This document shows, piece after piece, positions 1 to 9,999 of a stretch of 64,000 nt of DNA. The notes under the pieces were generated by a model that searched no databases, was not told the origin of the DNA, and was given only the letters and a program-made list of their open reading frames with translations. Numbering within the stretch: the stretch's first letter is position 1; each line of letters opens with the position of its first letter. A program made the position numbers and the translations under genes. The DNA is from an uncultured Acidobacteriota bacterium (GTDB taxonomy: Bacteria > Actinomycetota > Acidimicrobiia > Spongiisociales > ZC4RG35), in NCBI GenBank assembly GCA_963828465.1, contig CAWHEU010000020.1, positions 32,001-96,000 of the forward strand, written 5' to 3'.

Positions 1-588
1 GATCTCGCCGGCCATGGTGGGCTCGCGGTCGAGCAGGGAAACGGTCCTGTCGACCTGGCGGATCTCGCCGAGGCGGCCGTGGCCGAGCACGTCGGCCCCG
101 CTCGGGCCCGCGGGGTGAATGTGGAGCTCGTCGGGACATCTCATATGACCCTCCCCTCGGTCGACCCGGCCGCCGTGCGCACCGCGATCGGAAACTTTCT
201 CAGCAACGCGGTCCGGATGGCGCCGCAGGGTTCATCGGTTGGCATCGACTGGGGTCGGCTCGACGGTTGGGCCTGGATCGCAGTGATCGACGAGGGGCCC
301 GGCCTGGCCCCCCATCTCCACGCCCGTGTCTTCGAGAGGGGATGGCAGGGCCACCACGAGCGCGAACGTGGAGGGGGGAATGGCGAGGGGGGATTGGGGC
401 TCACCATCGCCCGCCAGCTCACCGAAGCCCAGGGCGGGGCGGTAACCGTCGAATCCGAGGAGGGCGGAGGCGCTACTTTTGCCGTTTGGCTGCCGCTGGA
501 GATCGGCGCAGACCCGAGGACTGTTGTCGCCCCCGATCAGGTCCATGCCCTGGCCCAACCCTGGCTCCGGGCCTCGCTCATCGCTTGA
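1..588 (+). CDS. Sensor histidine kinase, C-terminal HATPase_c part (5' truncated by window)
   Basis: Frame open from base 1; N box (NFLSNAVR), G1 (DEGPG), F box (VFERG), G2 (GGLGLTIAR). Confidence 0.9.
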   Translation, partial: DLAGHGGLAVEQGNGPVDLADLAEAAVAEHVGPARARGVNVELVGTSHMTLPSVDPAAVRTAIGNFLSNAVRMAPQGSSVGIDWGRLDGWAWIAVIDEGPGLAPHLHARVFERGWQGHHERERGGGNGEGGLGLTIARQLTEAQGGAVTVESEEGGGATFAVWLPLEIGADPRTVVAPDQVHALAQPWLRASLIA

Positions 589-627
589 CGGGCCTGTCTT
601 CGGGGTCGAGCGCCTCCGAATTGGAAA

Positions 628-1386
628 CTAGGGCGTCGCCGCCAGGGATTGGTCGAGCCATTCTGCGAACCGGGTCGCTCCGAGTGTCGCCTCCCCGGCC
701 GGGACCAGAGTTCGCTCGCCCAATACAGCACCGAAGTACCTGGCCTCCGGGTCGGCGATCACCTCACGGGGATCTTGACGTGCGCTCAGCCCCTGTTCGA
801 CGAATTCGTCGAGTCGGAACTGCTCCGGCCCTGCCACCTCGACTGTGCCGTTGACCGGCGGTCCGACGGCGGTCCGGCCCACCACCATTGCCACATCATC
901 AGCGGCCATGGGCTGGATCAATACCGGCGCCAGTCGGACGATGTTCTCTTCGGTCGCACCGTCGGCGATGCTCTTGAGGAATTCGAAGAACTGGGTGGCG
1001 TGAACGATGGAGTAGGGGATCGGGGACTCTTTGATCAGCTTCTCCTGGGCGATCTTGGCGCGGAAGTACCCACTCTCGGAGAGGCGTTCTGTCCCCACCA
1101 CCGACAAAGCGACGTGATGACCAACCCCAGCCGCTGCTTCCGCGGCGAGGAGATTGCCGGTGGACGTCGAGAAGAACTCGAGCACCGCCGCTTCTTCGAA
1201 CGACGGCGAGTTCGACACATCGACAACCACATCGGCCCCGGCGAGCGCTTCGGACAACCCCTCACCGGTGAGAGTGTTCACCCCGGTGTTCGGGGATGCC
1301 GGCACCGCCTCGTGGCCCTGCTCGATCAGCCCCTTGACCAGCTTGGAGCCGATGAGCCCGGTTCCGCCGATGACGACGAGCTTCAC
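628..1386 (-). CDS. NmrA/atypical SDR NAD(P)-binding protein
   Basis: GTG start after GAAAGGA RBS; KLVVIGGTGLIG Rossmann motif; HHVALSVVG and YFRAKIAQE motifs. Confidence 0.88.
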   Translation of the reverse strand: MKLVVIGGTGLIGSKLVKGLIEQGHEAVPASPNTGVNTLTGEGLSEALAGADVVVDVSNSPSFEEAAVLEFFSTSTGNLLAAEAAAGVGHHVALSVVGTERLSESGYFRAKIAQEKLIKESPIPYSIVHATQFFEFLKSIADGATEENIVRLAPVLIQPMAADDVAMVVGRTAVGPPVNGTVEVAGPEQFRLDEFVEQGLSARQDPREVIADPEARYFGAVLGERTLVPAGEATLGATRFAEWLDQSLAATP

Positions 1387-1480
1387 GATGCGTCCTTTCG
1401 GTGTCTGACACCGGCCTGGCTTGACGGGCCTTTTAAAGGCCATCTCATATGTTGCGGCGGTTGACCACACGGAGGATGCC

Positions 1481-2641
1481 TTGACCCAACTCGACCCTAG
1501 CCCGCCCAAGCTCCGCCCCAGACGGCGGTCCTGGCGCGATCTTCCGGCTTCGCCGCCCATCGGTGAACCGCACCCGCCGATCACCGAGGAGCAACCGGTG
1601 GTGGCCCCGATAGCGCCGGCCGAGGTGACGGAGAAGACGCCGAGAAGCGGTCTGCGCATCTTCACTTACGCGCTCACAGGTGTCGTCGTGGTACTGGTTG
1701 GCGCCGCTGTCTGGCTCTGGCAGCGCGAAGAGCCGGTCGCCACGACACCGACAGTGGCGGCCAATGAGGCCGAAGCCGGCAGTCCGGGCGCCGTTGCAGC
1801 AGCGCTGGGCCCGGCTGTGGTTCACATCGAGATCCTCGGAGGGTTGGAGGCCGGCGGAGGGGTCGGCTCGGGCGTGATCTACGACACCTCAGGACTCGTG
1901 CTCACCGCACATCACGTCGTCTCATTCTCCGACGAGGTCACAGTCATGACGGCCGACGGGCGGTCGTTCAACGGACGAGTGGTGGGGCGGATTCCCGAGC
2001 GTGATCTCGCCATCGTTGCTCTAGACGATGCAACCGACCTGGTGGCGGCGACGATCGCCGAGCCGGGGACGGTCGAAGTGGGCGAGCCGGCCATCGCACT
2101 GGGGAGCCCGTTCGGTTTCCAGCAGTCGGTGACTGCCGGGATCATCTCGGGTCTCGATCGTGAGCTGGAGACGCCAATGGGCACTCTCACCGGGCTCATC
2201 CAGACCGACGCCCCCATCAACCCGGGCAATTCGGGAGGCCCTCTGGCCGACGCCGAGGCCAAGGTGATCGGCATCAACACCGCCATCGCGTCGATGTCGG
2301 GCGGCAACGACGGTGTCGGGTTCGCCGTGCCTGTCGAGGACTTCGCGTCGCTGATCGAAGAGGTCGAGGCGAACGGTGGCGTGGAGGCACCGACCATTCC
2401 CGCCCCCGAGGACGCCGGTTCCATGGGAGGGCTGGTTCCCGGTCTCGAAGACCTTTTGCCCGGGCTCGAAGATCTATTCGGCCCTCAAGGACCGGGAGGT
2501 CTGGAGGATCTTCCCGGCCTCGAAGAGATGCTCGACGAGATGTTCGGCACTACCGACATCCCGCCGGAGCTGCGACAGCTGTTGGAGGAACTGCTTGGGG
2601 TCCCCGCCCCGGCGGCGCCAGGGGAGGGAGAGACCTCATGA
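1481..2641 (+). CDS. Membrane-anchored HtrA/S1C trypsin-like serine protease lacking a PDZ domain
   Basis: GGAGG RBS then TTG at 1481; one TM helix; triad motifs LTAHHVV, RDLAIV, INPGNSGGPL; acidic repeat tail. Confidence 0.88.
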   Translation: MTQLDPSPPKLRPRRRSWRDLPASPPIGEPHPPITEEQPVVAPIAPAEVTEKTPRSGLRIFTYALTGVVVVLVGAAVWLWQREEPVATTPTVAANEAEAGSPGAVAAALGPAVVHIEILGGLEAGGGVGSGVIYDTSGLVLTAHHVVSFSDEVTVMTADGRSFNGRVVGRIPERDLAIVALDDATDLVAATIAEPGTVEVGEPAIALGSPFGFQQSVTAGIISGLDRELETPMGTLTGLIQTDAPINPGNSGGPLADAEAKVIGINTAIASMSGGNDGVGFAVPVEDFASLIEEVEANGGVEAPTIPAPEDAGSMGGLVPGLEDLLPGLEDLFGPQGPGGLEDLPGLEEMLDEMFGTTDIPPELRQLLEELLGVPAPAAPGEGETS

Positions 2642-3681
2642 CCACGAGTCAATTCACACCGAGGAGCGACGCTGCTCAGCCGGAACTCCACGCTGTACAG
2701 CTCCGTGAGGTGATGGCCGAATTGCAGCGGGTCATCGTCGGCCAGGACCGGGTCCTGGAGCGTGTCCTCGTCGCACTCATGGCCGGCGGCCATTGTCTTC
2801 TCGAGGGCGTGCCCGGCCTGGGCAAGACCCTCACGGTGTCCACCCTGGCCAGAACTCTCGGGGGGACATTCACCCGGATCCAGTTCACACCCGACCTGTT
2901 GCCTTCGGACATCGTCGGCACCCGGATCTACCGGCCGTCGACTGAGCGATTCGATGTCGAGTTGGGCCCGGTCTTCGCCAACTTCGTGCTGGCCGACGAG
3001 ATCAACCGTGCCCCGGCCAAGGTCCAGTCGGCCCTGCTCGAGGTGATGGGCGAGCGTCAGATCTCGATCGGGGGCACCACGTATCCGTTGCCATTGCCGT
3101 TCCTGGTGCTTGCCACCCAGAACCCGATCGAGTCGGAGGGGGTATACCCCCTGCCGGAGGCTCAGCGGGACCGGTTCTTGATGCGGATCCCGGTGGACTA
3201 CCCGACACCCGACCAGGAACACGAGATCGTCGATCGTTCCCGGCACCAGGCATCCGGATCACCGGTTGCGCTTCTGTCGACCGATGATGTGGCCGGGCTT
3301 CAGGCGGCCGCGTCTGCGGTTTACGTCGATCGGGCTGTGCAGGACTACGCCGTCAGGCTGGTGCTCGCCACCAGGAACCCGGCCGAGCACGGCGTGGCCA
3401 TCGACGGGCTCCTCGCCTATGGCGCCAGTCCCCGGGCCAGCATCGGGCTCATCAACGCGGGAAGGGCGCTTGCCCTGCTGCGGGGGCGGGACCATCTCCT
3501 TCCCCAGGACGTCTACGACATCGCCTACGACGTACTCAACCACCGGCTGGTCTTGTCCTTTGACGCTGTCGCCGACGGGGTCACCGTCGACGATGTGTTG
3601 GTCGAGGTGCTGACGACCGTGGTCTCACCACGTGTCTCGTCTTCCCAGTTGGCCGGGAACCGGACTTCGCTGGCAGTCTGA
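2638..3681 (+). CDS. moxR: MoxR-family AAA+ ATPase
   Basis: LLEGVPGLGKT, RIQFTPDLLPSDI, LADEINRAPAKVQSALLE, ATQNPIESEGVYPLPEAQRDRF. Confidence 0.95.
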   Translation: MTTSQFTPRSDAAQPELHAVQLREVMAELQRVIVGQDRVLERVLVALMAGGHCLLEGVPGLGKTLTVSTLARTLGGTFTRIQFTPDLLPSDIVGTRIYRPSTERFDVELGPVFANFVLADEINRAPAKVQSALLEVMGERQISIGGTTYPLPLPFLVLATQNPIESEGVYPLPEAQRDRFLMRIPVDYPTPDQEHEIVDRSRHQASGSPVALLSTDDVAGLQAAASAVYVDRAVQDYAVRLVLATRNPAEHGVAIDGLLAYGASPRASIGLINAGRALALLRGRDHLLPQDVYDIAYDVLNHRLVLSFDAVADGVTVDDVLVEVLTTVVSPRVSSSQLAGNRTSLAV

Positions 3682-4652
3682 TGCTGCTCAGACGATCCGG
3701 GCCCCCCAAGGGGGTCGAGCCGATCCCGCGCACCTCGCGTCTCACATCGCCGTCGCAGGTACCGATCGAACGGCTGAGGCTCACCGTGCTCCGCCGGCTG
3801 AATGGCCTACTCGCCGGCGATCATGCCGGGCTCTTCCCGGGCCACGGGACGGAGCGGGGGGAATCCCGGCCCTACGTGCCCGGCGACGATCCCCGTCACA
3901 TCGACTGGGCGGTGACGGCCCGCACCCATGACACCCACGTCCGTGACATGGTTGCCGACCACGAGCTGGACGTCTGGCTGATCCTCGATTCGTCGTCGAG
4001 TCTCGGCTTCGGCACAGGCCGTGCCACCAAGCACGAGGTTGCCTGGTCCGCGGCCGGTGCCTTCGCCCTGCTCGCCTCCAACAGCGGCAATCGGGTGGGG
4101 GCGGCTCGGTCGACCAACCGCAAAGGACGTTCGCGTCCGCTCCTCATCCCGGCCCGTGGTGGCTCGGCACATGCGGGGGGAGTCCTCAGTGCTCTCCTCG
4201 ACGCTCCTGAGGACGGGCAGACCGGGGACCTTGGTCGAGCCATCGAAATGGTTGGCCAGGTCGCTCGCCGTCGGGGCATGGCGGTGGTCATCTCCGACTT
4301 CCTGGGAACTCCCGACTGGGAGCGCCCTCTGCGGGCTATGTCCCATCGACACGAGGTGATCGCCGTGGAGGTGGTGGATCCCCGAGAGATCGACCTGCCG
4401 GATGTCGGGCTGATCGCAGTGGTCGACCCCGAGACGGGCAGGCGTCGATTGATCGACACCGCCCAGGATGGCGTTCGTGAGCGCTACGCCGCGCTGGCAG
4501 AGCAGCGCCGGGCCGATGTCGCGAGCCGTCTCAAGTCGTGTGGCGCTGATCACCTGGTGCTGCGAACTGATCGGGACTGGGTCCTCGACTTCGTGCGCTT
4601 CGTCTCAGGTCGCAAGGCGAGGCTGATGTCGGCCGGGAGGTCGGGACGATGA
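3681..4652 (+). CDS. DUF58 protein (MoxR-associated)
   Basis: RPYVPGDDPRHIDWAVTAR, VISDF motifs; directly follows moxR. Confidence 0.9.
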   Translation: MLLRRSGPPKGVEPIPRTSRLTSPSQVPIERLRLTVLRRLNGLLAGDHAGLFPGHGTERGESRPYVPGDDPRHIDWAVTARTHDTHVRDMVADHELDVWLILDSSSSLGFGTGRATKHEVAWSAAGAFALLASNSGNRVGAARSTNRKGRSRPLLIPARGGSAHAGGVLSALLDAPEDGQTGDLGRAIEMVGQVARRRGMAVVISDFLGTPDWERPLRAMSHRHEVIAVEVVDPREIDLPDVGLIAVVDPETGRRRLIDTAQDGVRERYAALAEQRRADVASRLKSCGADHLVLRTDRDWVLDFVRFVSGRKARLMSAGRSGR

Positions 4653-5635
4653 GTGATTTCGGCTTTCTCTCACCCGGCCGTCTGGCCATTCTCATCGTGC
4701 CCGTTGCGCTTGCGATCGGCTATCTCGTGCTGCAGGCGAGACGGCGTCGCTATGCGGTGCGGTTCACCACGGTCGAGATGCTCGACCAGGTGGCACCCGA
4801 CCGTCCCGGATGGCGCCGCCATCTGCCGGCGATGGGGCTGATAGTTGCCGCTGTGGTGGCGACCATGGCCTTCGCCCGCCCTGTCATTGCCGGTGAGACC
4901 CGCGAGTCGACACAGCTCGTCGTGCTGGCAATCGACACATCGATCTCGATGGAGGCGGAAGACGTGGCGCCGTCGAGGGTCGATGCCGCCCGCGAAGCTG
5001 CCGGGGCGTTCCTCGACTCGGTGCCCGAGGGCGTCGCGGTCGGTGTGGTCGGATTCGACGGCATTGCCCGACAGTTGATTGCCCCCACCACGCGGATTGA
5101 CGCTGTGCGCCGGGTTATCGACGGATCCATAAACCACAGTGGCCTGGGCGAGGGGACGGCGATTGGTGAGGCGGTTTTCCTCGGTATCGAGGCCATAGAG
5201 GCATCCGGCGGTGAGACGGAGGACGAGTCTGCGCCCTCCGCTGAGGCGGCCGGCACCATCGTGGTCCTCTCCGATGGTGAGACGACGATGGGGCGGAGCA
5301 ACGACGAGGCAGCCACCGCGGCGCGCAGCGCCGATATCCCGGTGCACACGATCGCCTTCGGGACTGACGCCGGGACGATTACGGATCCGTTCGAAGGTGA
5401 GATCCCGGTCCCGGTCAACGAGGAGGCTTTGGCCAAGCTGGCAGGCCAGACCGACGGCAAGGCACTCACTGCGGCGTCTGTCGAGCAGCTCAGCCAGGTC
5501 TACGAGGACCTGGGGCGTTCGGTCACCGTGGAAAAGGAACAAGTCGAGATCGGTGACTGGTTTGCCGGCGCCGCTCTGGCACTCCTCAGCCTGGCCGGTG
5601 TCGGCTCGCTGGTTTGGTTCGGCCGTCTGCCCTAA
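4649..5635 (+). CDS. VWA-domain membrane protein (BatA/Rv1481-like)
   Basis: N- and C-terminal TM helices; MIDAS DTSISM; GTAIGEA; LSDGE. Confidence 0.92.
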   Translation: MSDFGFLSPGRLAILIVPVALAIGYLVLQARRRRYAVRFTTVEMLDQVAPDRPGWRRHLPAMGLIVAAVVATMAFARPVIAGETRESTQLVVLAIDTSISMEAEDVAPSRVDAAREAAGAFLDSVPEGVAVGVVGFDGIARQLIAPTTRIDAVRRVIDGSINHSGLGEGTAIGEAVFLGIEAIEASGGETEDESAPSAEAAGTIVVLSDGETTMGRSNDEAATAARSADIPVHTIAFGTDAGTITDPFEGEIPVPVNEEALAKLAGQTDGKALTAASVEQLSQVYEDLGRSVTVEKEQVEIGDWFAGAALALLSLAGVGSLVWFGRLP

Positions 5636-5665
5636 CGACGGCCGTCAGCGGCACTTGCAAAGGAC

Positions 5666-6895
5666 TCACTGGAACAGAGAGCGCAGATGTGGGTTGAGAA
5701 AGGTCCCGATGGGGTCGAATCGCCGACGCATCTCGAGGAAGTCCTGATAGCGGGGGAACAGGGTCTCGATGCGCTCCGGTGTCATGAAATGGATCTTGCC
5801 CCAATGGGGCCGGCCGCCGTACTCGGCGAACAGCTTGTCACAGGCGCGGAGGTAGGGCCAGTAGTCGGTTCCCGGCTCGCCCGAGATGGAGACCACGAGA
5901 TTGTCCCTCTGATAATTGGGGCTCAGCCAGGCATCGTCGGCGGCGACCACCCGGATCTCCAGCGGGTAGACGCTCAGCGGGAGCCAATCGAGCATGAGCT
6001 TTCGCATCCCGTCCATGATTTCCCGGGTTTGCTCGATGGGCAGGAAGTACTCGACTTCGTGGAAATTAGGGTCGTAGACCATCGGGTAGATCCGATAGGA
6101 GCGGTCGATTCGCTGATTCTCGGGAAGACCCTCCGACGACGTGCCGGTGTCTACCTCGCGATAGCGCTTGACAACGCAATCATCGGCACCGGCGTCATGG
6201 AGGTTGTAGAGAGTTGCCGAGGCGTCGGTCGGCATCCAGAAGAGGCCGAAATGGCGGTACTCCTCCACGTCTGCCTCGAATCGCTCCATTACCTCGTCGT
6301 ACTTCATGATGTCGACCCGGGCGTGCAGGTCGTAGGCGGGGACTACCTTCAGCGTGACCTCGGTCATGACGCCCAGCAGACCGATCGACGCCTGGAGTGC
6401 GTGGAGGAGATCCGGGTCGCTGTCAATTGTGATCTCGACGAGATTCCCCAACCCGTCGACGATCCTCGCTCCCTCGAGCGCCGCCGAGAAGTTGGGCTGT
6501 TTCAGACCCGACCCGTGAGTCGCGGTGGCGATGGCGCCGGCGATCGCCTGCGTGTCGATGTCTCCTTGATTGGCGAGGGCCAGGCCGTGCTCCCACAGCG
6601 GGTCGCCGAAATCACCGATGGTGGTCTTCGGCCCCGCCTTCACCGTGAGTTGGCTCGTGTCGACATCGATGATCCCGCGGAGCGGGCTGGTGTCGAGCAG
6701 TACGTCGGTCTCGACAATGGGGGTGAACGAATGCCCGGTGCCAACTGTGCGGATCGAGTATTCGCCAGACGCCGCCCTGGCGACTTCTCGCTGCACGTCG
6801 GTTTCGGAATCGACCTTCACCATCTCTCTCGGTGAGAAAGACTGGTTGCCGACCCAATTGGTCCACTTCCCACCGTCGTTCGAACTGGTTGTCAC
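5666..6895 (-). CDS. FAD-linked sugar-1,4-lactone/alditol oxidase family (ALO domain)
   Basis: WTNWVGNQ, GTGHSF, AIATATHGSG, PLEIR, GRPHWGK. Confidence 0.88.
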   Translation of the reverse strand: MTTSSNDGGKWTNWVGNQSFSPREMVKVDSETDVQREVARAASGEYSIRTVGTGHSFTPIVETDVLLDTSPLRGIIDVDTSQLTVKAGPKTTIGDFGDPLWEHGLALANQGDIDTQAIAGAIATATHGSGLKQPNFSAALEGARIVDGLGNLVEITIDSDPDLLHALQASIGLLGVMTEVTLKVVPAYDLHARVDIMKYDEVMERFEADVEEYRHFGLFWMPTDASATLYNLHDAGADDCVVKRYREVDTGTSSEGLPENQRIDRSYRIYPMVYDPNFHEVEYFLPIEQTREIMDGMRKLMLDWLPLSVYPLEIRVVAADDAWLSPNYQRDNLVVSISGEPGTDYWPYLRACDKLFAEYGGRPHWGKIHFMTPERIETLFPRYQDFLEMRRRFDPIGTFLNPHLRSLFQ

Positions 6896-6943
6896 CGGCC
6901 CGGAATGTACCCAGGGACTCCGGGCCGGTGACAGGTTCGACGA

Positions 6944-8257
6944 TCAACCCTCCAGTGACTCCAACAAACTCTTGGCATGGGGCGCCTGGAGCGGATGGAA
7001 CATTGGTGCCTTGTCCAGGGCCTCGGCCAGCTCGACTCGCGCCTGCTCCTCATTCCCCTCAGCCAGGGCGATCAGGCCAGAGTGGTACAGGATCTGCGGC
7101 TCCCGGAGTCCGACAGCGAGGACCTGGTCGATCTGGCTCCTGGCCTCCTCGACCCGGCCGGCTCTGTACAGGGCCCAGGCGTAGGTGTCGAGGCCAAACG
7201 GATCCGACCGCTGGCTCACGTCGGCCTCGGCGAGCTCGACTGCACGCTCCGGCTCCAGATCGTGATCGGCCAGGTATTGGGCCAACGTCCGCCGATAGGC
7301 GTCTTGATGGACCTCGGTCTCGCTGGCTGCGGGCTCCACCCGGTCATAGAAGGCGTCGGCCGCCCCCTCGTCTCCCAGGGCAACCGAGAGATCACCGAGA
7401 ATGGCGAGGGTGCCGGGGTCCGGGCTCAACGCTGCCGCGACCTCATAGGCGGTGAACGCCTCCTCGAGCCTGCCGTCTGACATCAAGACGGCGCCCAACG
7501 TCGCTCGTGAGGACGGCCACGTGGGATCGACCTCGATGGCCCGGTTCAAAATGGTCTCAGCCTGTTCGTATCGGCCGAGATCGTTGAGAAAGTGGGCTGC
7601 GAAGGTCAGATGGAAGGCGAGACGCCGGGGCTCGGAGCCTTCGGTTTCGGTGATCCGTAACGCTTCCTCGGCATATCCGAGTGCTGCGGGGACGTCCCCC
7701 ATCGAATCGGCGTGCTGAGCGCGGCGAGTCAGGATCTCGGGTATCTCACCCGTCAGCGCGGCCACCTTCTCCAATGCGTCGGCCGCTGCTTCGGCGTCAC
7801 CGAGCTCGAATTGGGCGTCCGCCACCACCAGCTGTGCCGCCGCGTCCGTGGTGTCGGATGCGGCGAGGCTCGAGGCGAGCCCGAGCGCCTCGTCGAAACG
7901 ATGCACGGCGAGCGATGCCTGGGCGAGCCGCAGCGTCGCCGCCCGGTCCTCGGGAGCCAGGCTGACGGCCTGCTCGAGACTTTCGATTGCCGATCCGTAG
8001 TCGCCAAGATCATCGACTAGGTCTGCTCTTTCCAGATAGAGCCTGCCCAGCTCTCCCATGTCCAGCGGGTCGCCGTTCTCGGCAACCCGTTGCTCGAACA
8101 CCGTGATAAGGCGCTCGACCTCACCGAGACGGGGGATCGGGGTCTGTTCCAGCACACCAGGTGGGGCCGCTTCTGTCGTGTCGGTCAGGGAACGGAGGCC
8201 GTAGGAACCGGCAACCAGCAGCCCGACAGCGATGAGGGCGGTGAGTGCTCTTCTCAT
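6944..8257 (-). CDS. Exported tetratricopeptide-repeat protein (DUF4331 partner)
   Basis: N-terminal signal/TM; helical TPR-like repeats; LDTYAWALY and ILYHSGLI motifs. Confidence 0.8.
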   Translation of the reverse strand: MRRALTALIAVGLLVAGSYGLRSLTDTTEAAPPGVLEQTPIPRLGEVERLITVFEQRVAENGDPLDMGELGRLYLERADLVDDLGDYGSAIESLEQAVSLAPEDRAATLRLAQASLAVHRFDEALGLASSLAASDTTDAAAQLVVADAQFELGDAEAAADALEKVAALTGEIPEILTRRAQHADSMGDVPAALGYAEEALRITETEGSEPRRLAFHLTFAAHFLNDLGRYEQAETILNRAIEVDPTWPSSRATLGAVLMSDGRLEEAFTAYEVAAALSPDPGTLAILGDLSVALGDEGAADAFYDRVEPAASETEVHQDAYRRTLAQYLADHDLEPERAVELAEADVSQRSDPFGLDTYAWALYRAGRVEEARSQIDQVLAVGLREPQILYHSGLIALAEGNEEQARVELAEALDKAPMFHPLQAPHAKSLLESLEG

Positions 8258-8286
8258 TTTTCGAACCTCTCCATAGATATGAGGGG

Positions 8287-8317
8287 TTTGGCCGGTGGGT
8301 CACCCCCACCGGCCAAA
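8287..8317. terminator. GC-rich stem-loop between DUF4331 and TPR genes
   Basis: TTTGGCCGGTGGG-tcacc-CCCACCGGCCAAA, perfect 13-bp stem. Confidence 0.6.
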
Positions 8318-8323
8318 GGATCT

Positions 8324-9472
8324 TCAGTGGGGAATCCCCAGGTAGGGGAATTCCGCCATGTAGTCGGTATGGGGCCCGATGCCATCTGTGTTGATGGCGC
8401 CGTCGGCGTCCCGGTCATCGAACAGCTCCAGTGGGTCTCCACCGGTGACAATGCGAAGCTCGACGTCGATGACGTCATCGGCGAGGGCCCGGCCGTTCAA
8501 CGGGCCGGCGGCCGTGGTGGCCGTGTCGTAGGTGATGACATCCGGCAGCAACACGCCTGCGAGGGCGCCTGCCGCGGCATCGCTGTATGCGAGTTCGGTG
8601 TCCAGCGATGAGAAGGCCTTCAGCGCAGCGATGGTGCCAGCTGTGAAGTTGGCCGCGTCGCGCTTCGGCTTACCGGCGTTGAACACGTTCTTGGCATTCG
8701 GATCGGCGCCGACGATCGGACCGGAGCTGTTGACAACGGTGTTGATCGCGGGCCGGCCCATGCGGTCGACCTGGCTTTCTCGACGGCCGTCCTCGGAGCT
8801 CGTGGTCGCCCAGACTCCGATCTGGCTGCCCAGCTTCGAGTCCGGCACTTCGACGACGATGGCAAGTGTGTTCAGTTGAGCAAAGAAGTCGCTCTGCATG
8901 CCGTCATTGAGCGTTCGGGGCCCGACGCCCTCGACGGTTCCACGGAATCCACCCAGATCGAAGAAGAACGGGTCGGACCTGAGCCCGGTGAACGCCTTGC
9001 CCCTTTCGGAGAAGAGCCGGATCGAGTCTTCGGTGGTCCCGAGCCCGATCACCCTTCCGTCAGGGGAGACCTCTCGAGCCTCGGAACCTGTGGCCTTTCG
9101 CACCGTGACGAACTGGCCGTCACGATTCCGGCGATCCTTGAAGCTGAACGTGTACGTCAGATCTTCGACGGCATCGCCGTCCTTGTCGATCCTCAGGTGA
9201 TACGCCCCTTCTCGCTTGTTGGCGAACATGGTGTCGCCAGTGGCCGCCGGATTGACTGTCGCCGCCAGCACTGTGTTCGAGGGGTCAGAACCCTGGAAGA
9301 CGTACACGTCGTTGATGTCGAGTTGGGTCTTGCCTCCCGGCGAGGTCAAACCTGGCGCATCGAGATGATCCGCTCCGCGCGCTCCCAATGGAGCAAGCGC
9401 GAACGTGGCTATCAGGGCGAGCAACACCCAGATCGCCACATTGGACACTGCCTTTCGTGTGGTCGTCATCAC
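8324..9472 (-). CDS. DUF4331 family secreted protein
   Basis: Signal peptide then ADHLDAP; DINDVYVF; GLRSDPFFFD; QVDRMGRPAIN; NGRALADDVID; FPYLGIPH. Confidence 0.88.
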   Translation of the reverse strand: MMTTTRKAVSNVAIWVLLALIATFALAPLGARGADHLDAPGLTSPGGKTQLDINDVYVFQGSDPSNTVLAATVNPAATGDTMFANKREGAYHLRIDKDGDAVEDLTYTFSFKDRRNRDGQFVTVRKATGSEAREVSPDGRVIGLGTTEDSIRLFSERGKAFTGLRSDPFFFDLGGFRGTVEGVGPRTLNDGMQSDFFAQLNTLAIVVEVPDSKLGSQIGVWATTSSEDGRRESQVDRMGRPAINTVVNSSGPIVGADPNAKNVFNAGKPKRDAANFTAGTIAALKAFSSLDTELAYSDAAAGALAGVLLPDVITYDTATTAAGPLNGRALADDVIDVELRIVTGGDPLELFDDRDADGAINTDGIGPHTDYMAEFPYLGIPH

Positions 9473-9508
9473 TGCCTCCTTCCAAATGTGTGCAGATGAC
9501 GTCTGTGG

Positions 9509-9535
9509 TTCGCCGCAGACGCCGGCATGGTTTGG
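9509..9535 (-). promoter_or_regulatory. Possible SigK-like ECF promoter for the DUF4331-TPR operon
   Basis: Minus strand CCAAACC-N16-CGAA resembles the SigK CCATCC/CCGAA consensus. Confidence 0.3.
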
Positions 9536-9568
9536 AAGGAATTGGCGCGGTGGGAAGCGGGCCTGCGG

Positions 9569-9985
9569 TCAGGCCCTAACAACCCTCGGGTTCGATCCCG
9601 CCGATACATCCACGAAGTCGGGGAGGGTCTTGAGCACGTCCTCGGCGCCCGCCGGGGCGTAAACGGCGAGGATCACCATCGGCTCGTAGCTGGTGTTCAG
9701 GGTCGAATGCCACACACCTTTTGGGATCCAGACCGCGTCCCCGGGTACCACCGGCTTGGGCTCCCCATCGTCGATCATCTGGTCCCCCCTCCCCGAGAGG
9801 ATGTAGAGGATCTCGTCCGACTCCGGGTGGTTGTGTCGATCGTGGCCCTTTCCCGGGAACAGGATGACGTGCATGAGACTGCAGTCGCCGTCGTCCGTGT
9901 TGTCGGTGGCGATGAGGGGCTTGATGATTCCCCAGTCGAAGGTCCACGTCGGTATGGAATCCGGATCGACGAACTTGGCAGACAT
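9569..9985 (-). CDS. Cupin-domain protein
   Basis: HDRHNHPESDEILYILSGRG...PGDAVWIPKGVWH cupin metal motifs. Confidence 0.9.
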   Translation of the reverse strand: MSAKFVDPDSIPTWTFDWGIIKPLIATDNTDDGDCSLMHVILFPGKGHDRHNHPESDEILYILSGRGDQMIDDGEPKPVVPGDAVWIPKGVWHSTLNTSYEPMVILAVYAPAGAEDVLKTLPDFVDVSAGSNPRVVRA

Positions 9986-9999
9986 GTGCGTTCCTTGCT

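Noticed and set aside
8325-8356. GGGGAATCCCC and GGGGAATTCC resembling the response-regulator box
   Set aside because: Lies inside the DUF4331 coding end (EFPYLGIPH) and is explained by codons.
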